Below are positions 26,525 through 39,791 of a stretch of 64,000 nt of DNA, one piece after another; within the stretch, counting starts at the first letter, position 1, and each line of letters opens with the position of its first letter. The translations under genes were made by a program, and so were the position numbers. The notes under the pieces were generated by a model, which was not told where the DNA came from, did not search any database, and saw only the letters and a program-made list of their open reading frames with translations. Origin of the DNA: Eledone cirrhosa (Eukaryota); NCBI GenBank assembly GCA_964016885.1, contig OZ024750.1, forward strand, positions 25,234,001 through 25,298,000. The letters are read 5' to 3'.

Positions 26525-28360
26525 AGTGAGTTTCTGTTAAGCTAGGTTTTCAAAGTGAGTTTCTGTTAAGCTATGTTTTCAAAGTGAGTTTCTGTTAAGC
26601 TAGGTTTTCAAAGTGAGTTTCTGTTAAGCTAGGTTTTCAAAGTGAGTTTCTGTTAAGCTAGGTTTTCAAAGTGAGTTTCTGTTAAGCTAGGTTTCCAAAG
26701 TGAGTTTCTGTTAAGCTAGGTTTTCAAAGTGAGTTTCTGTTAAGCTAGGTTTACAAAGTGGGTTTCTGTTAAGCTAGGTTTTCAAAGTGAGTTTCTGTTA
26801 AGCTAGGTTTTCAAAGTGAGTTTCTGTTAAGCTAGGTTTTCAAAGTGAGTTTCTGTTAAGCTAGGTTTTCAAAGTGAGTTTCTGTTAAGCTAGGTTTTCA
26901 AAGTGAGTTTCTGTTAAGCTAGGTTTCCAAAGTGAGTTTCTGTTAAGCTAGGTTTTCAAAGTGAGTTTCTGTTAAGCTAGGTTTTCAAAGTGAGTTTCTG
27001 TTAAGCTAGGTTTACAAAGTGGGTTTCTGTTAAGCTAGGTTTTCAAAGTGAGTTTCTGTTAAGCTAGGTTTTCAAAGTGAGTTTCTGTTAAGCTAGGTTT
27101 TCAAAGTGAGTTTCTGTTAAGCTAGGTTTTCAAAGTGAGTTTCTGTTAAGCTAGGTTTCCAAAGTGAGTTTCTGTTAAGCTAGGTTTTCAAAGTGAGTTT
27201 CTGTTAAGCTAGGTTTTCAAAGTGAGTTTCTGTTAAGCTAGGTTTTCAAAGTGAGTTTCTGTTAAGCTAGGTTTCCAAAGTGGGTTTCTGTTAAGCTAGG
27301 TTTACAAAGGGAGTTTCTGTTAAGCTAGGTTTACAAAGTGAATTTCTGTTAAGCTAGGTTTACAAAGTGGGTTTCTGTTAAGCTAGGTTTACAAAGTGGG
27401 TTTCTGTTAAGCTAGGTTTACAAAGGGAGTTTCTGTTAAGCTAGGTTTTCAAAGTGAGTTTCTGTTAAGCTAGGTTTTCAAAGTGAGTTTCTGTTAAGCT
27501 AGGTTTTCAAAGTGAGTTTCTGTTAAGCTAGGTTTTCAAAGTGAGTTTCTGTTAAGCTAGGTTTTCAAAGTGAGTTTCTGTTAAGCTAGGTTTTCAAAGT
27601 GAGTTTCTGTTAAGCTAGGTTTTCAAAGTGAGTTTCTGTTAAGCTAGGTTTTCAAAGTGAGTTTCTGTTAAGCTAGGTTTTCAAAGTGAGTTTCTGTTAA
27701 GCTAGGTTTCCAAAGTGAGTTTCTGTTAAGCTAGGTTTTCAAAGTGAGTTCCTGTTAAGCTAGGTTTCCAAAGTGAGTTCCTGTTAAGCTAGGTTTACAA
27801 AGTGGGTTTCTGTTAAGCTAGGTTTTCAAAGGGAGTTTCTGTTAAGCTAGGTTTACAAAGTGAATTTCTGTTAAGCTAGGTTTACAAAGTGAATTTCTGT
27901 TAAGCTAGGTTTACAAAGTGAATTTCTGTTAAGCTAGGTTTACAAAGGGTGTTTCTGTTAAGCTAGGTTCATGAAGTGAGTTTCTGTTAAGCTAGGTTTA
28001 TGAAGTGAGTTTCTGTTAAGCTAGGTTCATGAAGTGAGTTTCTGTTAAGCTAGGTTTATGAAGTGAGTTTCTGTTAAGCTAGGTTCATGAAGTGAGTTTC
28101 TGTTAAGCTAGGTTTACAAAGTGAGTTTCTGTTAAGCTAGGTTTTCAAAGTGAGTTTCTGTTAAGCTAGGTTTATGAAGTGAGTTTCTGTTAAGCTAGGT
28201 TCATGAAGTGAGTTTCTGTTAAGCTAGGTTTATGAAGTGAGTTTCTGTTAAGCTAAGTTTATGAAGTGAGTTTCTGTTAAGCTAGGTTTATGAAGTGAGT
28301 TTCTGTTAAGCTAGGTTTATGAAGTGAGTTTCTGTTAAGCTAGGTTCATGAAGTGAGTTT
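26525..28360. repeat. 29-bp satellite array, about 63 copies
   Basis: aagtgagtttctgttaagctaggttttca with period 29 and variant tails (tcca, taca, atga). Confidence 0.96.
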
Positions 28361-28527
28361 AATTCTCAAGTGAAATCAATTCACTTCACTTATACTGTGA
28401 GTGCTTTTGAGAACAACACATATATTACACAACCCCAGTAATTTTTTTTTCTGTATGTGTGTGTGTGGGGGGGGGGGGGCATTTGTGGCCATGTACCATA
28501 GTTTGGAATTATTATTACTAAACACCG

Positions 28528-28700
28528 AGGGTGGTGGATTGGCAGTATCGGTAGAGAGTCGGACTCCATGCTTTCCAGCATAGTTACATCCTTTTACAGT
28601 CTGAGTTCAGGTTAACTGTCTTTCATTCTTACAGGGTCGATAAAATAAAGTACCAGTAATGCACTGGGTAATTGCTGGCCTTGGGCCAAAAGTAAAAACA
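28528..28700 (+). mobile_element. SINE family A copy with probable TSD
   Basis: gggtggtggattggcagtatcggtagag...gctggccttgggccaaaagtaaaaac; attattactaaaca is present on both sides. Confidence 0.82.
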
Positions 28701-31700
28701 ATTATTACTAAACATTAGCGATGTATATATGAATGTATGTATTGTATATTTAATAATATACTGTATGTTTATTTAAAACCATTTTGAAGGCCTTTCGCTG
28801 TGAATTTAAGGTAGTCATTACCTTAAATTCATGGTGAAAGGCCTTCAAAATGTTTTTGAATAAACATACAGTATATTATTAAATATACAATAGGTACATC
28901 CATATATATTATTATTTATCACATGAAACATAAAAGACAAACAAACACTATTTCTATGAGAAAATATAAAACATAGATTAACAAGGTCAAGGTTTTAGTT
29001 CATCCTTTAATTCTCAAGTATGAAACGAAATACAGTTTTAAGATGAATAACCTAGACTATGAGTTATGAATGAACGAAGATAAGAAAATAAGTGGGAATC
29101 TCTTTGTTGCATATAATGTTACAATTGAATGAATGGAAAAGAAGGATTGTCTATTGTTTAAGAAATATCTGGAAGTGATGAACTGATCAAAGTTTTACAA
29201 CAGGATCTTAAGGAGAAAGGGAAGGGAAGAAATAGAACAAAATGTGTGTTAATAGACACGTACACACACACACACACACACATGTCTCTGTGTGCATGCA
29301 TGTATGTCTATACATACATACATGCATGCACACAGACATGCGTACACACAGATATAGACACAATCACACACACACAGATTGACACACACACACATGCGTG
29401 CCCACACACAGAAACACTTCTACCAGAATACCTACCCACATAAATGGCTTGGTGTAAAGAATTCTTTTGTTAATATATTTGTTGATAAGTATCTATCATA
29501 TTTAGTTTTTGTCTAGAGAAAAAACTGGCAAAAAACTGAAAGCTGCTTAGTGATAGGAAAAAAAATATATAATGTTCAAGAAATGATCAAAAAATATATT
29601 TGCTGGAAAGAGATGAAAGCTTGTCAGATCTAGTTAAGATAAAAGTATAACTTTGAAGTAAGATGGATTGTATCTTTCAGTTTCTTAAAAAAACAAACAA
29701 AAGTAAGAACTACTAGTTGAAGATTTGTACACAAGAGAGTATTTCATTTTACTTCTGTAATATGTTGTTTTGTTGTCTGTGTTTTTTTAATTTTATTTTA
29801 AGGGAACATTGTGGTTGAAGAATTGCCAAAAAAATTATCAAATTCAATGCCTGGATAAACTTTGTCAGTATTCTTAGGAGAGAAAATGGGAAATGGTCTC
29901 TTTGTAGTATTGGAATAGGGACAGTAATATATATATATATATATATATTATATATAATCTTTTTTATTGAAGATAGTGATTGGAAATTTTCTTTACTGAT
30001 CTGTTTAATATTATTGCAGAAGAATTGTGTGTAGGAGGATATGAGAGGAAATGGTTCGCTGTATATTGGTGATATTAGGTGGATATGAGAGGAGATGGTG
30101 ATATTAGGTGGATATGAGAGATAATAGTTCATTGTATATTGGTGATATTAGGTGGATATTGTATATTGTTGATATTAAAACAAATAAAAACACATTTAAA
30201 ATCATATGATATCTAAGTTTATCCACATATATCCCCCTCTTCATGATCGTTAAAACATATTTGTTACTGAGAACTGGCTTGGTCCATGAGATGGAACATA
30301 TACTCAATATAAGATTCAGTTTGCTGGGGAAAGAAATCTCTCATATATTTATTTAACACTATATAAATACTTGTTCTTGTTTTCATCTTTAAATCAACCA
30401 ACTACAATAGTGGTCAAGTGGTGGTGGTGTAGTGGTCAAGAGGTGGTGTTGCTGTGGTCAAGAGATGGTGTTGTAGTGGGTAATGGTGGTATTATAGAGG
30501 TCAAGAGGTGTTGTAGTGGTCAAAAGGTGGTGTTGTAGTGGACAGTGGTGGTGTTGTAGAGGTCAAGAGGTGGTGTAGAAATGATTTAGTTCTTCTTTCT
30601 TCTAATGACGACATACTTTCCAATAGAACCAAGCTTGCTCTATTTAAACTTATCTTTGACCCTCAGAAGACAATGGCACATTATTATTGAGAGAAAACTA
30701 TAGTTTGAAATACTTCAGTGAGTGGCTCTCCTACTTTTATTTTCCTGTTTCAAATATAATGGATTTCTTCTTATTTTGAAAGCGGAAGACATTTTATTTA
30801 ACAGGATAATCCACTTTCATTGATTGTAAAATTGAAGTGGGATTTTCTTAATGGAGTTTTGTTTGGTTTATCTTCATTTTTAAAATCTTGTATGAAAGAA
30901 CCTTAGATTCTATAAGTTGCTATTTTCTTCATTCATCTAGATTATTTTCCTTCTTGCTTTATCCACATAGTTACTAAATTAAATTAATTCATAATTGGAA
31001 TTTCTTTGCAGTTTTAATTTCAATCCATTGTTTCAAGATTCTATCTAACTTGTTACTATTCTGGCAAAATGTATAATTTATTAAGGAAATTACTTTCAGG
31101 ATCATGAACAAATGTTAAGCTGAATTTTAAAGTGAATTCGGAAAGTATTTGTTATGAAGTTGAAGGCACAGAATTATAAAATTAAATTATAAAAAGACAA
31201 GCAGGATTTTTAAGAAAGATTATATAAGATAAGAATGGCTTTCATATAAAGATTTATGCAGAGATATTTATAACATTAAATTGGCTGTCATTAATTAAAA
31301 AATGGAAAAGGTTCATGTTTGGAATCATTAGAAAAACCTGTCTCTGGTAAGAGAACAAACAAATGTTATGATGTCTTAAATTGGAAGTGGACAGGGCATG
31401 TATGTGGCATGAAGAAATATTTAAGACATCATAACACGTTATAATGTCTTAAATTAGAAGTGGACAGGGCATGTATGTGATATGAAGAAATATTTAAGAC
31501 ATCATAACACATGTTATGATGTCTTAAATTGGAAGTAGGCAGGGTTTGTGACATGAACATTTGACAACAGATAGTCAAAACTATATCTTATTTTAATGTT
31601 TGATAATTCTGTAACATATCTCAACTTAAATGTTTGATAATTCTGTGGCAAATATCTTATTTTAAAACCTACCAGTTATTATTTACATTGAGTTATGTAA

Positions 31701-32697
31701 ATTAAGACTATAAAACCATGGAAGTAGAAACCAGTAAAAGAAGAGGTGTGAAGGATTAATTATAAAATGTAGGTTAATTGTTAATAGAGTTTAAAAAAAA
31801 GTGACTGGATGAAGAAAAATAAGAAAACATGAGAAGGAAACAAATTCTAAAAGTTAAGAAAGGTATTGATTAAAATGTGTCTCATGTAAATTATAAGAAG
31901 ACCTTGGGAAGTAGACTAAATATAGTACAGTAAATAAAACAGCATTGAAATAGTTGGAATAGTTGAATAGATTTCTTGGGAACACTGGAGAGGCTGAAAC
32001 TGTTGCTAAGAGGAGAGGGGGGGGGGGGGTGAAGAGAGTGAGACATTTTTTATTGTTAATGCAATGGAATTAAATGCCTAATCCTTAAATACTTCTCTAA
32101 ATCTTGTTGTCTAAGGCCGTATGCCTACAAATATGTTTTAGTACTTCTTGACATGAAAGCTTAATTTCCTCTAACTATCGAGGTGTGAATATTTTTCTGT
32201 GGAATATTTCATTCTCCTCTGATTGAAAAACCAGTAACAGATGCTAAAATACTTGTATTGTAATTTCTGTGGTATTTTAATATAAGAAATAACATTGTAC
32301 TTTGTAAATAATTGTTAATCTTTTTTTTTTATGTGAAGAAAATAGGAATACCAGAGTGAATTTAAGAATTTTTATGATGAAATGAACTTTTGCTAAAAAG
32401 TTCATTTAAGATTGGAACTGGTTATGGTGTTGGTGACTAATTAATACTCTGTGACCTAGGTGCAGATTCATTGTGCCACTGGAGCTATAGGTTTTCTGCA
32501 ACAGTTGATGTCTTTTACTTTTGTTTTTATTTTTATTATTATTATTTTTTTTTTTTGGTAATAAGGCCATCATCATCATCAACTTACATCTACTTTCCAT
32601 GCTGGCATGGGTTGTTACAGTCTGAGTCAGTTCTTATTCAGAATTGCTGCTCCACTAGATGTCATAGTTTCTACAGCTGGATGCCCTTCCTAACACC

Positions 32698-32960
32698 AAC
32701 CACTTTACAGAGTGTACTGGGTGGCTGTTACCATGGCACCAACACTAAACAGGTTGTCATAACCATGACAAGACTAAACAGTTCTCCCTTCCCTGTTATC
32801 TCTGATGGCCAACCACTTTACAGAGTGTACTGGGTGGCTGTTACCATGGCACCAACACTAAACAGGTTGTCATAACCATGACAAGACTAAACAGTTCTCC
32901 CTTCCCTGTTATCTCTGATGGCCAACCACTTTACAGAGTGTACTGGGTGGCTGTTATCAT
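32698..32960. repeat. 113-bp tandem duplication (about 2.3 copies) in a family B SINE
   Basis: aaccactttacagagtgtactgggtggctgtta starts at 32698, 32811 and 32924. Confidence 0.9.
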
Positions 32961-33611
32961 GCCACCAACTCTAGAAAGGTTGCCATTCCCTCAGCATTGC
33001 AAATGAGTCCTCTCTACTCCCTTCACTCCCTCTAATATGTAAAGTTCTGATATTCAGTTTGTCTCGAGAATATTGTCAACACCAGTTTCAATTCCCAACC
33101 CAGCATTGAGACTGGTTCCATTGTCTCTTTGCCATAACTTTCCATTATGTCATCAGAAATTCACTTGTCTTTCTACTGACTGTAACAAGTAATCGTACAA
33201 TGTATTATTACAACACAATACACAGTTATAGGCAGAGGTGATTGCCAGATGCTGTATTATGTACTGGGATGGCTTCACTCTGCTTTTTACATAACTTACA
33301 TCTAGACATGTGGAAAGAGAGAGAGAGAGAAACCTTTGTCACACAACAACAATGACAACAGCAGCAACAAGTTATTTTAATAGAGTACATTAAACATTGT
33401 GCTGTTACATATGAAATTTTAGTAGGAGGATGGAAAGGCAAAGAGCTTTTAATACAAGTTGAAATTTTTCTGAATGTTATTCTATAAATACAAAGTTGTT
33501 TAACTTCTGGAGGTTTTTTCTCTTCTCCATTTTTTCTTTATTTGCTAATATGAATAACTGGCATTTCTATTATTTTTATTTCAATGACCCATGAATTGAA
33601 ATGAAATCCAA

Positions 33612-34140
33612 GCTATGTCATAGTTGTTTAACATGTAGTATTGGCAGTAGTATGATAAATACAGACTGTAACACAGTTGTTAACATGTGGTATATAGTGA
33701 GTTGATAAAAACAGGCTATATCAGTCGTTAACATGTGGTATTGGTAGTGGCATGATAAATACAGACTAGATCACAGTTATTAACATGTGGTATTGACAGT
33801 GGCATGATAAATACAGGCTATATCAAAGTTAACATGTGGTATTGACAGTGGAATGATGAATACACGCTATATCACAGTTAACGTGTGGTATTGATAGTGG
33901 TATAAATACAGGTTATATCACAGTTGTTAACATGTGGCATGGACAGTAGTATGATAAATGCAGGCTATATCACAGTTGTTTACATGTGGTATTGATAGTG
34001 GCATGATAAATACTTGCTATATCACAGTTATTAACATGTGGTATTGGCAGTGGCATGATAAATACAGGTTATATCACAGTTGTTAACATGTGGTATTGAC
34101 TGGTGGGATAAATGCAGGCTATATCACAGTTGTTAACATG
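33612..34140. repeat. Diverged minisatellite of about 52 bp, about 10 copies
   Basis: ttaacatgtggtattgacagtggcatgataaatacaggctatatcacagttg. Confidence 0.9.
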
Positions 34141-34342
34141 GTTTCTGATTTAGGCACAAGGCCAACATTTTTTGAGGAGGGGTAAGTTGATTAAATTGAC
34201 CCCAGTACATTACTGGTACTCGACCCTGTAACGATGAAAAGCAAAGCTAACTTTACTTAAATTAAATATTTGTGTGTTAAATTGTGTTCAAGTTTGTAGA
34301 AAAATCAGGATAACATTATTGAATAATTTCTGTAAATCTAGC

Positions 34343-34840
34343 AAACTGGGGAAATCTCAGTGGGGAAACTGGGGAAATATTCTCAGTGAGGAAACTGGGG
34401 AAATATTCTCAGTGGGGAAACTGGGGAAATATTCTCAGTGGGGAAACTGGGGAAATATTCTTAGTGGGGAAACTGGGGAAATATTCTCAGTGAGGAAACT
34501 GGGGAAATATTCTCAGTGGGGAAACTGGGGAAATCTCAGTGGGGAAACTGGGGAAATATTCTCAGTGAGGAAACTGGGGAAATCTCAGTGGGGAAACTGG
34601 GGAAATATTCTCAGTGAGGAAACTGGGGAAATCTCAGTGGGGAAACTGGGGAAATCTCAGTGGGGAAACTGGGGAAATATTCTCAGTGAGGAAACTGGGG
34701 AAATCTCAGTGGGGAAACTGGGGAAATATTCTCAGTGGGGAAACTGGGGAAATATTCTCAGTGAGGAAACTGGGGAAATATTCTCAGTGAGGAAACTGGG
34801 GAAATGTTCTCAGTGAGGATACTGGGGAAATATTCTCAGA
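34343..34840. repeat. G-run-rich minisatellite (26-bp and 22-bp units)
   Basis: gaaactggggaaatattctcagtg(g/a)g, about 20 units. Confidence 0.93.
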
Positions 34841-35109
34841 ATTAAAGAAGGTGTTGGAATACAAAAATAAAACATTTTTTTTGTTAAATATTTTACATAT
34901 TTTATTTATTTGATGAGATGGAAAGTAATTTCCACTTGGTTTCTAATTTGTGGTTTAGCTGGCTTCTTTCACTTAAAATATTTAAACTCACTAAAATACG
35001 AATCATTAGAATTGGTAAATATTCCATTAAGACATTTGACATTGTTGCTTGGTTCTTCTTGAAATTACGTTATAAGGATGAAACAAAACACAATTTTGGT
35101 TTTGCTGTT

Positions 35110-35302
35110 CTATTGTACTGTTGTGTGTCTGTGTGTGTGTAGATTTGTCTGTGTATATCTGTCTTTGTGTCTGTGTATATGCATATATATGTGTGTGTTT
35201 CTCTGTGTGTCTGTTTGTATGTGTACGTGTCTATGTATATATGTGCGTGTCTATCTGTCTCTGTGTATGTGTATATGTGTGTTTGTGTGTGTGTATATCT
35301 AT

Positions 35303-35361
<59 letters not shown>

Positions 35362-35860
35362 AGTCAGTGTGTGTATGTATGTCTATGGGTATGTGTGTGT
35401 GTGTATATGTATGTACTTCTGTGTGTGAGTGTGTCTATCTCTGTGTATATATGTGTCTGTGTCTTTCTGTGTGTGTGTGTGTGCCTGTGTGTGTGCCTGT
35501 GTGTGTGCCTATGTGTGCACATACATGCACGTTTGTCTTTACATCCAACAGTATTATCTGTTTATGTTATTCATAAACAGATGTCTCACTGCTCAGTGGT
35601 TAAAAGTGTTACAATCCAGGCATATAGGAAGGGAATCTAACTGTAGAATTCCGCCCCTAAATGTCTTGTCCAACCCATGGAGAAATGGACTAAAACTGAT
35701 GATGATAGTGATGATGATGATAATGGTTGTAATGATGATGATGATGATAATGGTTGTAATGATGATAGTGGTGGTTGTGATGATGATGATGACGGTAATG
35801 ATGATGGGGATGGCAGCAGTGGTGGTGGTGGTGGTGGTGGTAGTGGTGATGATGATGATA
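35110..35860. repeat. (GT)n and (GAT/GGT)n simple repeats
   Basis: Direct inspection. Confidence 0.88.
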
Positions 35861-36022
35861 ACATTCATCATACAACCAACCTAATCTATGAAATGATGAT
35901 AAATGAATGTAAAAACACTGACATAAAATCTATTTTTTCTTTGAAAATAATGTTTAATTAATCACCTGTTATTGGTCTGTTGTTAAACTTTAATGTTATG
36001 TTGACTATTTTGTGTTTTGTAG

Positions 36023-36177
36023 GGAAAATCTTTCTCAGTCAGTTACATTTCCAACAGATTTGATAGCTGATCATGGCATTGAAAATAAAGTGGATAGTAG
36101 TGAAGGAAGCCTTGCTTCGAACAGTAGCGGATTTGGTAGTTTACCCAGGAAAGACAAACCTAACATTGTACCACTAG
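36023..36177 (+). CDS. FAM102A: FAM102A/EEIG1-family protein, internal exon (Ser-rich linker)
   Basis: Acceptor gttttgtag|G, donor |gtaaga at 36178. Its first G completes GT+G = Val from the previous exon. Encodes ENLSQSVTFPTDLIADHGIENKVDSSEGSLASNSSGFGSLPRKDKPNIVPL and ends in phase 1. Confidence 0.85.
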
Positions 36178-36219
36178 GTAAGACTCTTATGGGTATCTTT
36201 TTTTAATAATAATTTACAG

Positions 36220-36600
36220 AACATAAAACATGAGAGACAGAACATAAGACCAGGTATTATACGCAGAACACAACAGGAGATATTATACACAGAACACAGA
36301 ACATGTCATATTATACACAACATAACACAAGTTATTGTACATAGAACGCAACATGAGATGCTATACACAACACATTATACACAGAACACAGCATGAGATA
36401 TTATACACAGAACACAACACAAGATATTATACACAACACATGAGATGTTATACACAAAACATAACACTATTGTGCACAGAACAGCATGAGATATTATACA
36501 CAGAACAGCACGAGATATTATACACAGAACACGATATATTATACACAGAACATAACATATGATATTATACACAGAACACAACATGAGGTATTATACATGA
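36220..36600. repeat. Diverged minisatellite of about 25 bp filling the 472-bp intron
   Basis: Variants of gagatattatacacagaacacaacat. Confidence 0.85.
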
Positions 36601-36649
36601 AATATCAGACACTGATCTACAATTTTGGTTTAATTTTGTCTATTTTTAG

Positions 36650-36818
36650 AAGTTCCTCCTATCTTAACTGATCCAGAAGGAGCCCGTGATGTCGATTTTG
36701 AGAAGAGCCATTCCCGAAATTCTAGCTATGCCAGTCAACATTCGCGAGGTTCTGGATATGGATCTCTTGGTCATAGTCGGCAGTCAAGTTTAAGTAACGA
36801 TATTCACGGACATACTAG
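36650..36818 (+). CDS. FAM102A: FAM102A/EEIG1-family protein, internal exon with the HSRNSSYASQ motif
   Basis: Acceptor tatttttag|AA, donor |gtaagc at 36819. Encodes (E)VPPILTDPEGARDVDFEKSHSRNSSYASQHSRGSGYGSLGHSRQSSLSNDIHGHT(R). HSRNSSYASQ and HSR.SSLS are conserved FAM102 motifs. Phase 1 to phase 2. Missed by the ORF track. Confidence 0.92.
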
Positions 36819-37215
36819 GTAAGCAAGAGTTTTTATTTTTCTTTCTTCCCAACAAGCTGTTTAATATTAATAACAAACAGAAAATATAGTAATAGTAATC
36901 TTATTATTTCTTTACTGGCCACTTGGGCCGAATAATAATCTTAGTAATAAAGAAAAATATTGCTCTGTGAATTCTTTCTTTTGAAAAAGATGCAACGCTT
37001 TTTATTTTTTAGTGGGGTTAAAATTATTTTTTTTGTGTAGATTAAGAAAGATAAATTTATAATTGAATTACATAACTATTGTCATTTCTTTAATACTGAG
37101 CTGTGTCATGATATTCCCAAAACTTCCTTGTCCATTAATACAGTTATTAGTCTCCTTCTTATATACATCTGTATTTTAAGAATATGTAGGAATATTGTGT
37201 ATTTAGATAGGATGT

Positions 37216-37520
37216 GAAGGTGTGTAGGTTAGTGGTTACAGCATTTGGTTTACAATTGTGAGGTTGTGAGTTTGATTTTTGGACCGGGAGGTGTGTTGTG
37301 TCCTTTATTTCACATTGCTCCAGTTCACTCAACTGTAGAAATGAGTTGTTATATCACTAGTGCCAAGCTGTATCAGCCATTGCCTTTCATGGAGAAGGGC
37401 GGCTGGTATGTATTGGCGACTGCTGATCTAACACAAAACAACTTGCCTGGACATGTACCTCGAAGGTGAATGTTCTAGGTGCAAATCTTATGGTCATTTG
37501 TGACTGAAGAGTCTTTGACC
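37216..37520 (+). mobile_element. Diverged tRNA-head SINE (family C)
   Basis: ttagtggtt...gaggttgtgagtttgatt...tttatttcacattgctccagttcactc...gccaagctgtatc; a related minus-strand copy lies at 51405-51728. Confidence 0.7.
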
Positions 37521-39791
37521 TTCAGATAGCACAGATACATTAACTTAGTTGGTTCAAGTATATCCAGTGAAATAGAGAATACATTCATGGTTGACTGTTT
37601 AAGAAAGATATTGTCATCATTTTACACTTACTTTCCAGGATGGCATGGGTTGGATGGGTTGCCACTGCCTGAACCAGTTCTTATTAGGAACTAAAGCCAT
37701 CTTTGATGGATCAAGGGATAACATCTTCCTCATACATTCCATTTTTGACATGGTTTCAATGTCTAGATGCCTTTTTTAATGCCAAACACTTTTACAATGT
37801 ACAAAGGTATTTTAGCGTGACACCAGAATTAGTGAGTTTGTCATGTCATATCGACAAAACTAAAGACACTTCTCTAACTTATATTGTCTCTGTTTAGTCA
37901 TCAACCACTTTTAGAATGAACTGGTTATAATCATGGCTCCAGCTGCTATAAACATAACATAACATAAACACACTTGGACATGTTCAGAAATTTTCTAGCC
38001 ATGCTAAACTCTAAACGATTGGATATTTCAATTGTGGATACTGCACTGTTGTGAATGTTGCGCAGTTGTGGATGTTGCACAGCTGTACAAGTGTAGTTAG
38101 CTAGAGGACCAATAGATAAATGGTATTGTCAGTTGTTGCTATTCTCTTGAGTGTATATTAATATAAAATTTGATAACTTGCAGCATAACTTAATTTTAAC
38201 CCTTTGGCAGGATGGGGGAGGCTGGTGGTATTTTTTATGGGACAAGTGACTGTTATATTGGGCAATTATAGGTAGTAAGTTCCTTTGTTATGTGAAGTTA
38301 GAGGGAGTGTTATTCAGTGATATATGTTACAGTCAATCATTGTTATTTCACCTGTTTGTAATGACATTAACAATGTACACTTTGTTTTTCTTGTCTCCCT
38401 TCCTCTCCCAATATTTGTTACACTCTTCAGTGATAGAGATTGATTTTGAACCATTTAAAAAAACTTTTGTCATAGAAATAATCCACCATAGATATTTTTT
38501 AAAAAGAAGGGTTTTTCATAATTCTGTTTCATAATTGAATTTCTTATCAATTAATTTTATTTACCTTATACACATCCTTATATACACTCTTATATACTCC
38601 CCTGTTTACTATCATAGATTTAATATGGACTATTATTTTGTTTGATACAACAATTATACACATGTAATATATTGTACACCGATGTAGTTTTTATATCTAA
38701 TGTATTTTAAGAACAGGGTATATAATATATTATACACTATACTAGTTTCTATATCTAACGTATATTAAGAACAGGGTATATACTATATTATATACTATAC
38801 ATTAGGTATAGTATATACTATATTCTATACCTAATGTATATTAAGAACAGTATATAATATATTATATACTATATTAGTTTCTATATCTAATGTATATTAA
38901 GAACAGGGTGTATAAAACATTATAAACACTACACTAATTTCTATATCTAATCTATATATTTAGGATATGACTCGGACATTCTACAGATATTCTATTAAAA
39001 TGTCTTAATTATCTCCTAATGACATGCAGGTCATTTATTATTTTCATCTTATTAAATATCATTTAATTACTAAAATATTTCATTTATGCTCAGATAATTT
39101 TCACAAACAGCCGCTCATGAAAATTCTACTCTATATTTCACGCTACTTCATTTTGGTTGAAAACATATTTTCATTTCCCACAATTTTTAGAAATAAATTT
39201 AATTATCTTTTTGGTTCAAGTGGAAATTTGAATTTTTTTGCAATTTTTTTTTGGTTTGATTTAAAAAAAAATTCTTTATGAAATAAAATTATCATTTAAG
39301 CAAATTCAATTGTGAAAAAAAAACCACAAAAACTTTAGAGAAAGCTGTCTCTAATGTTTTTGATTTCTGAAAATTGAATTGTCTATCAAATAATATTTTA
39401 TTTTATTTTCATCATTCTTACTGCGAGTCTTTAACTTCTTATTCTTAGTTCCTGGGTTTACAATGAAAACATCTGCAATATTAAAATAGATACAAAACTC
39501 CATTTAAAGATTAGTGAGTTAATATAAAGATATATGTTTAAAATTAATCTCTTTCATTCTGAACTTAGATAATCAATAATCAATACATTTTAACCTTTAA
39601 TAGTCATTGATTCTGATCACAGTAGAATATTCTAGTCTAACTAGAATATTGTATATCTGATAGTCTAATCTAACTCGAATGTTGTCTATCTGATAGCCTG
39701 GTCTATCTGATATTGTGGTCTATCAGATATTTGTATCTAACTAGAGTATTCTTTATTAGATTTTCTGCTCTAACTAGAATATAGTTTATCA

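Noticed and set aside
25437-28360. Possible CRISPR arrays (20-bp and 29-bp repeats)
   Set aside because: Units are directly tandem with no unique spacers, there are no cas genes, and the context is a eukaryotic intron.
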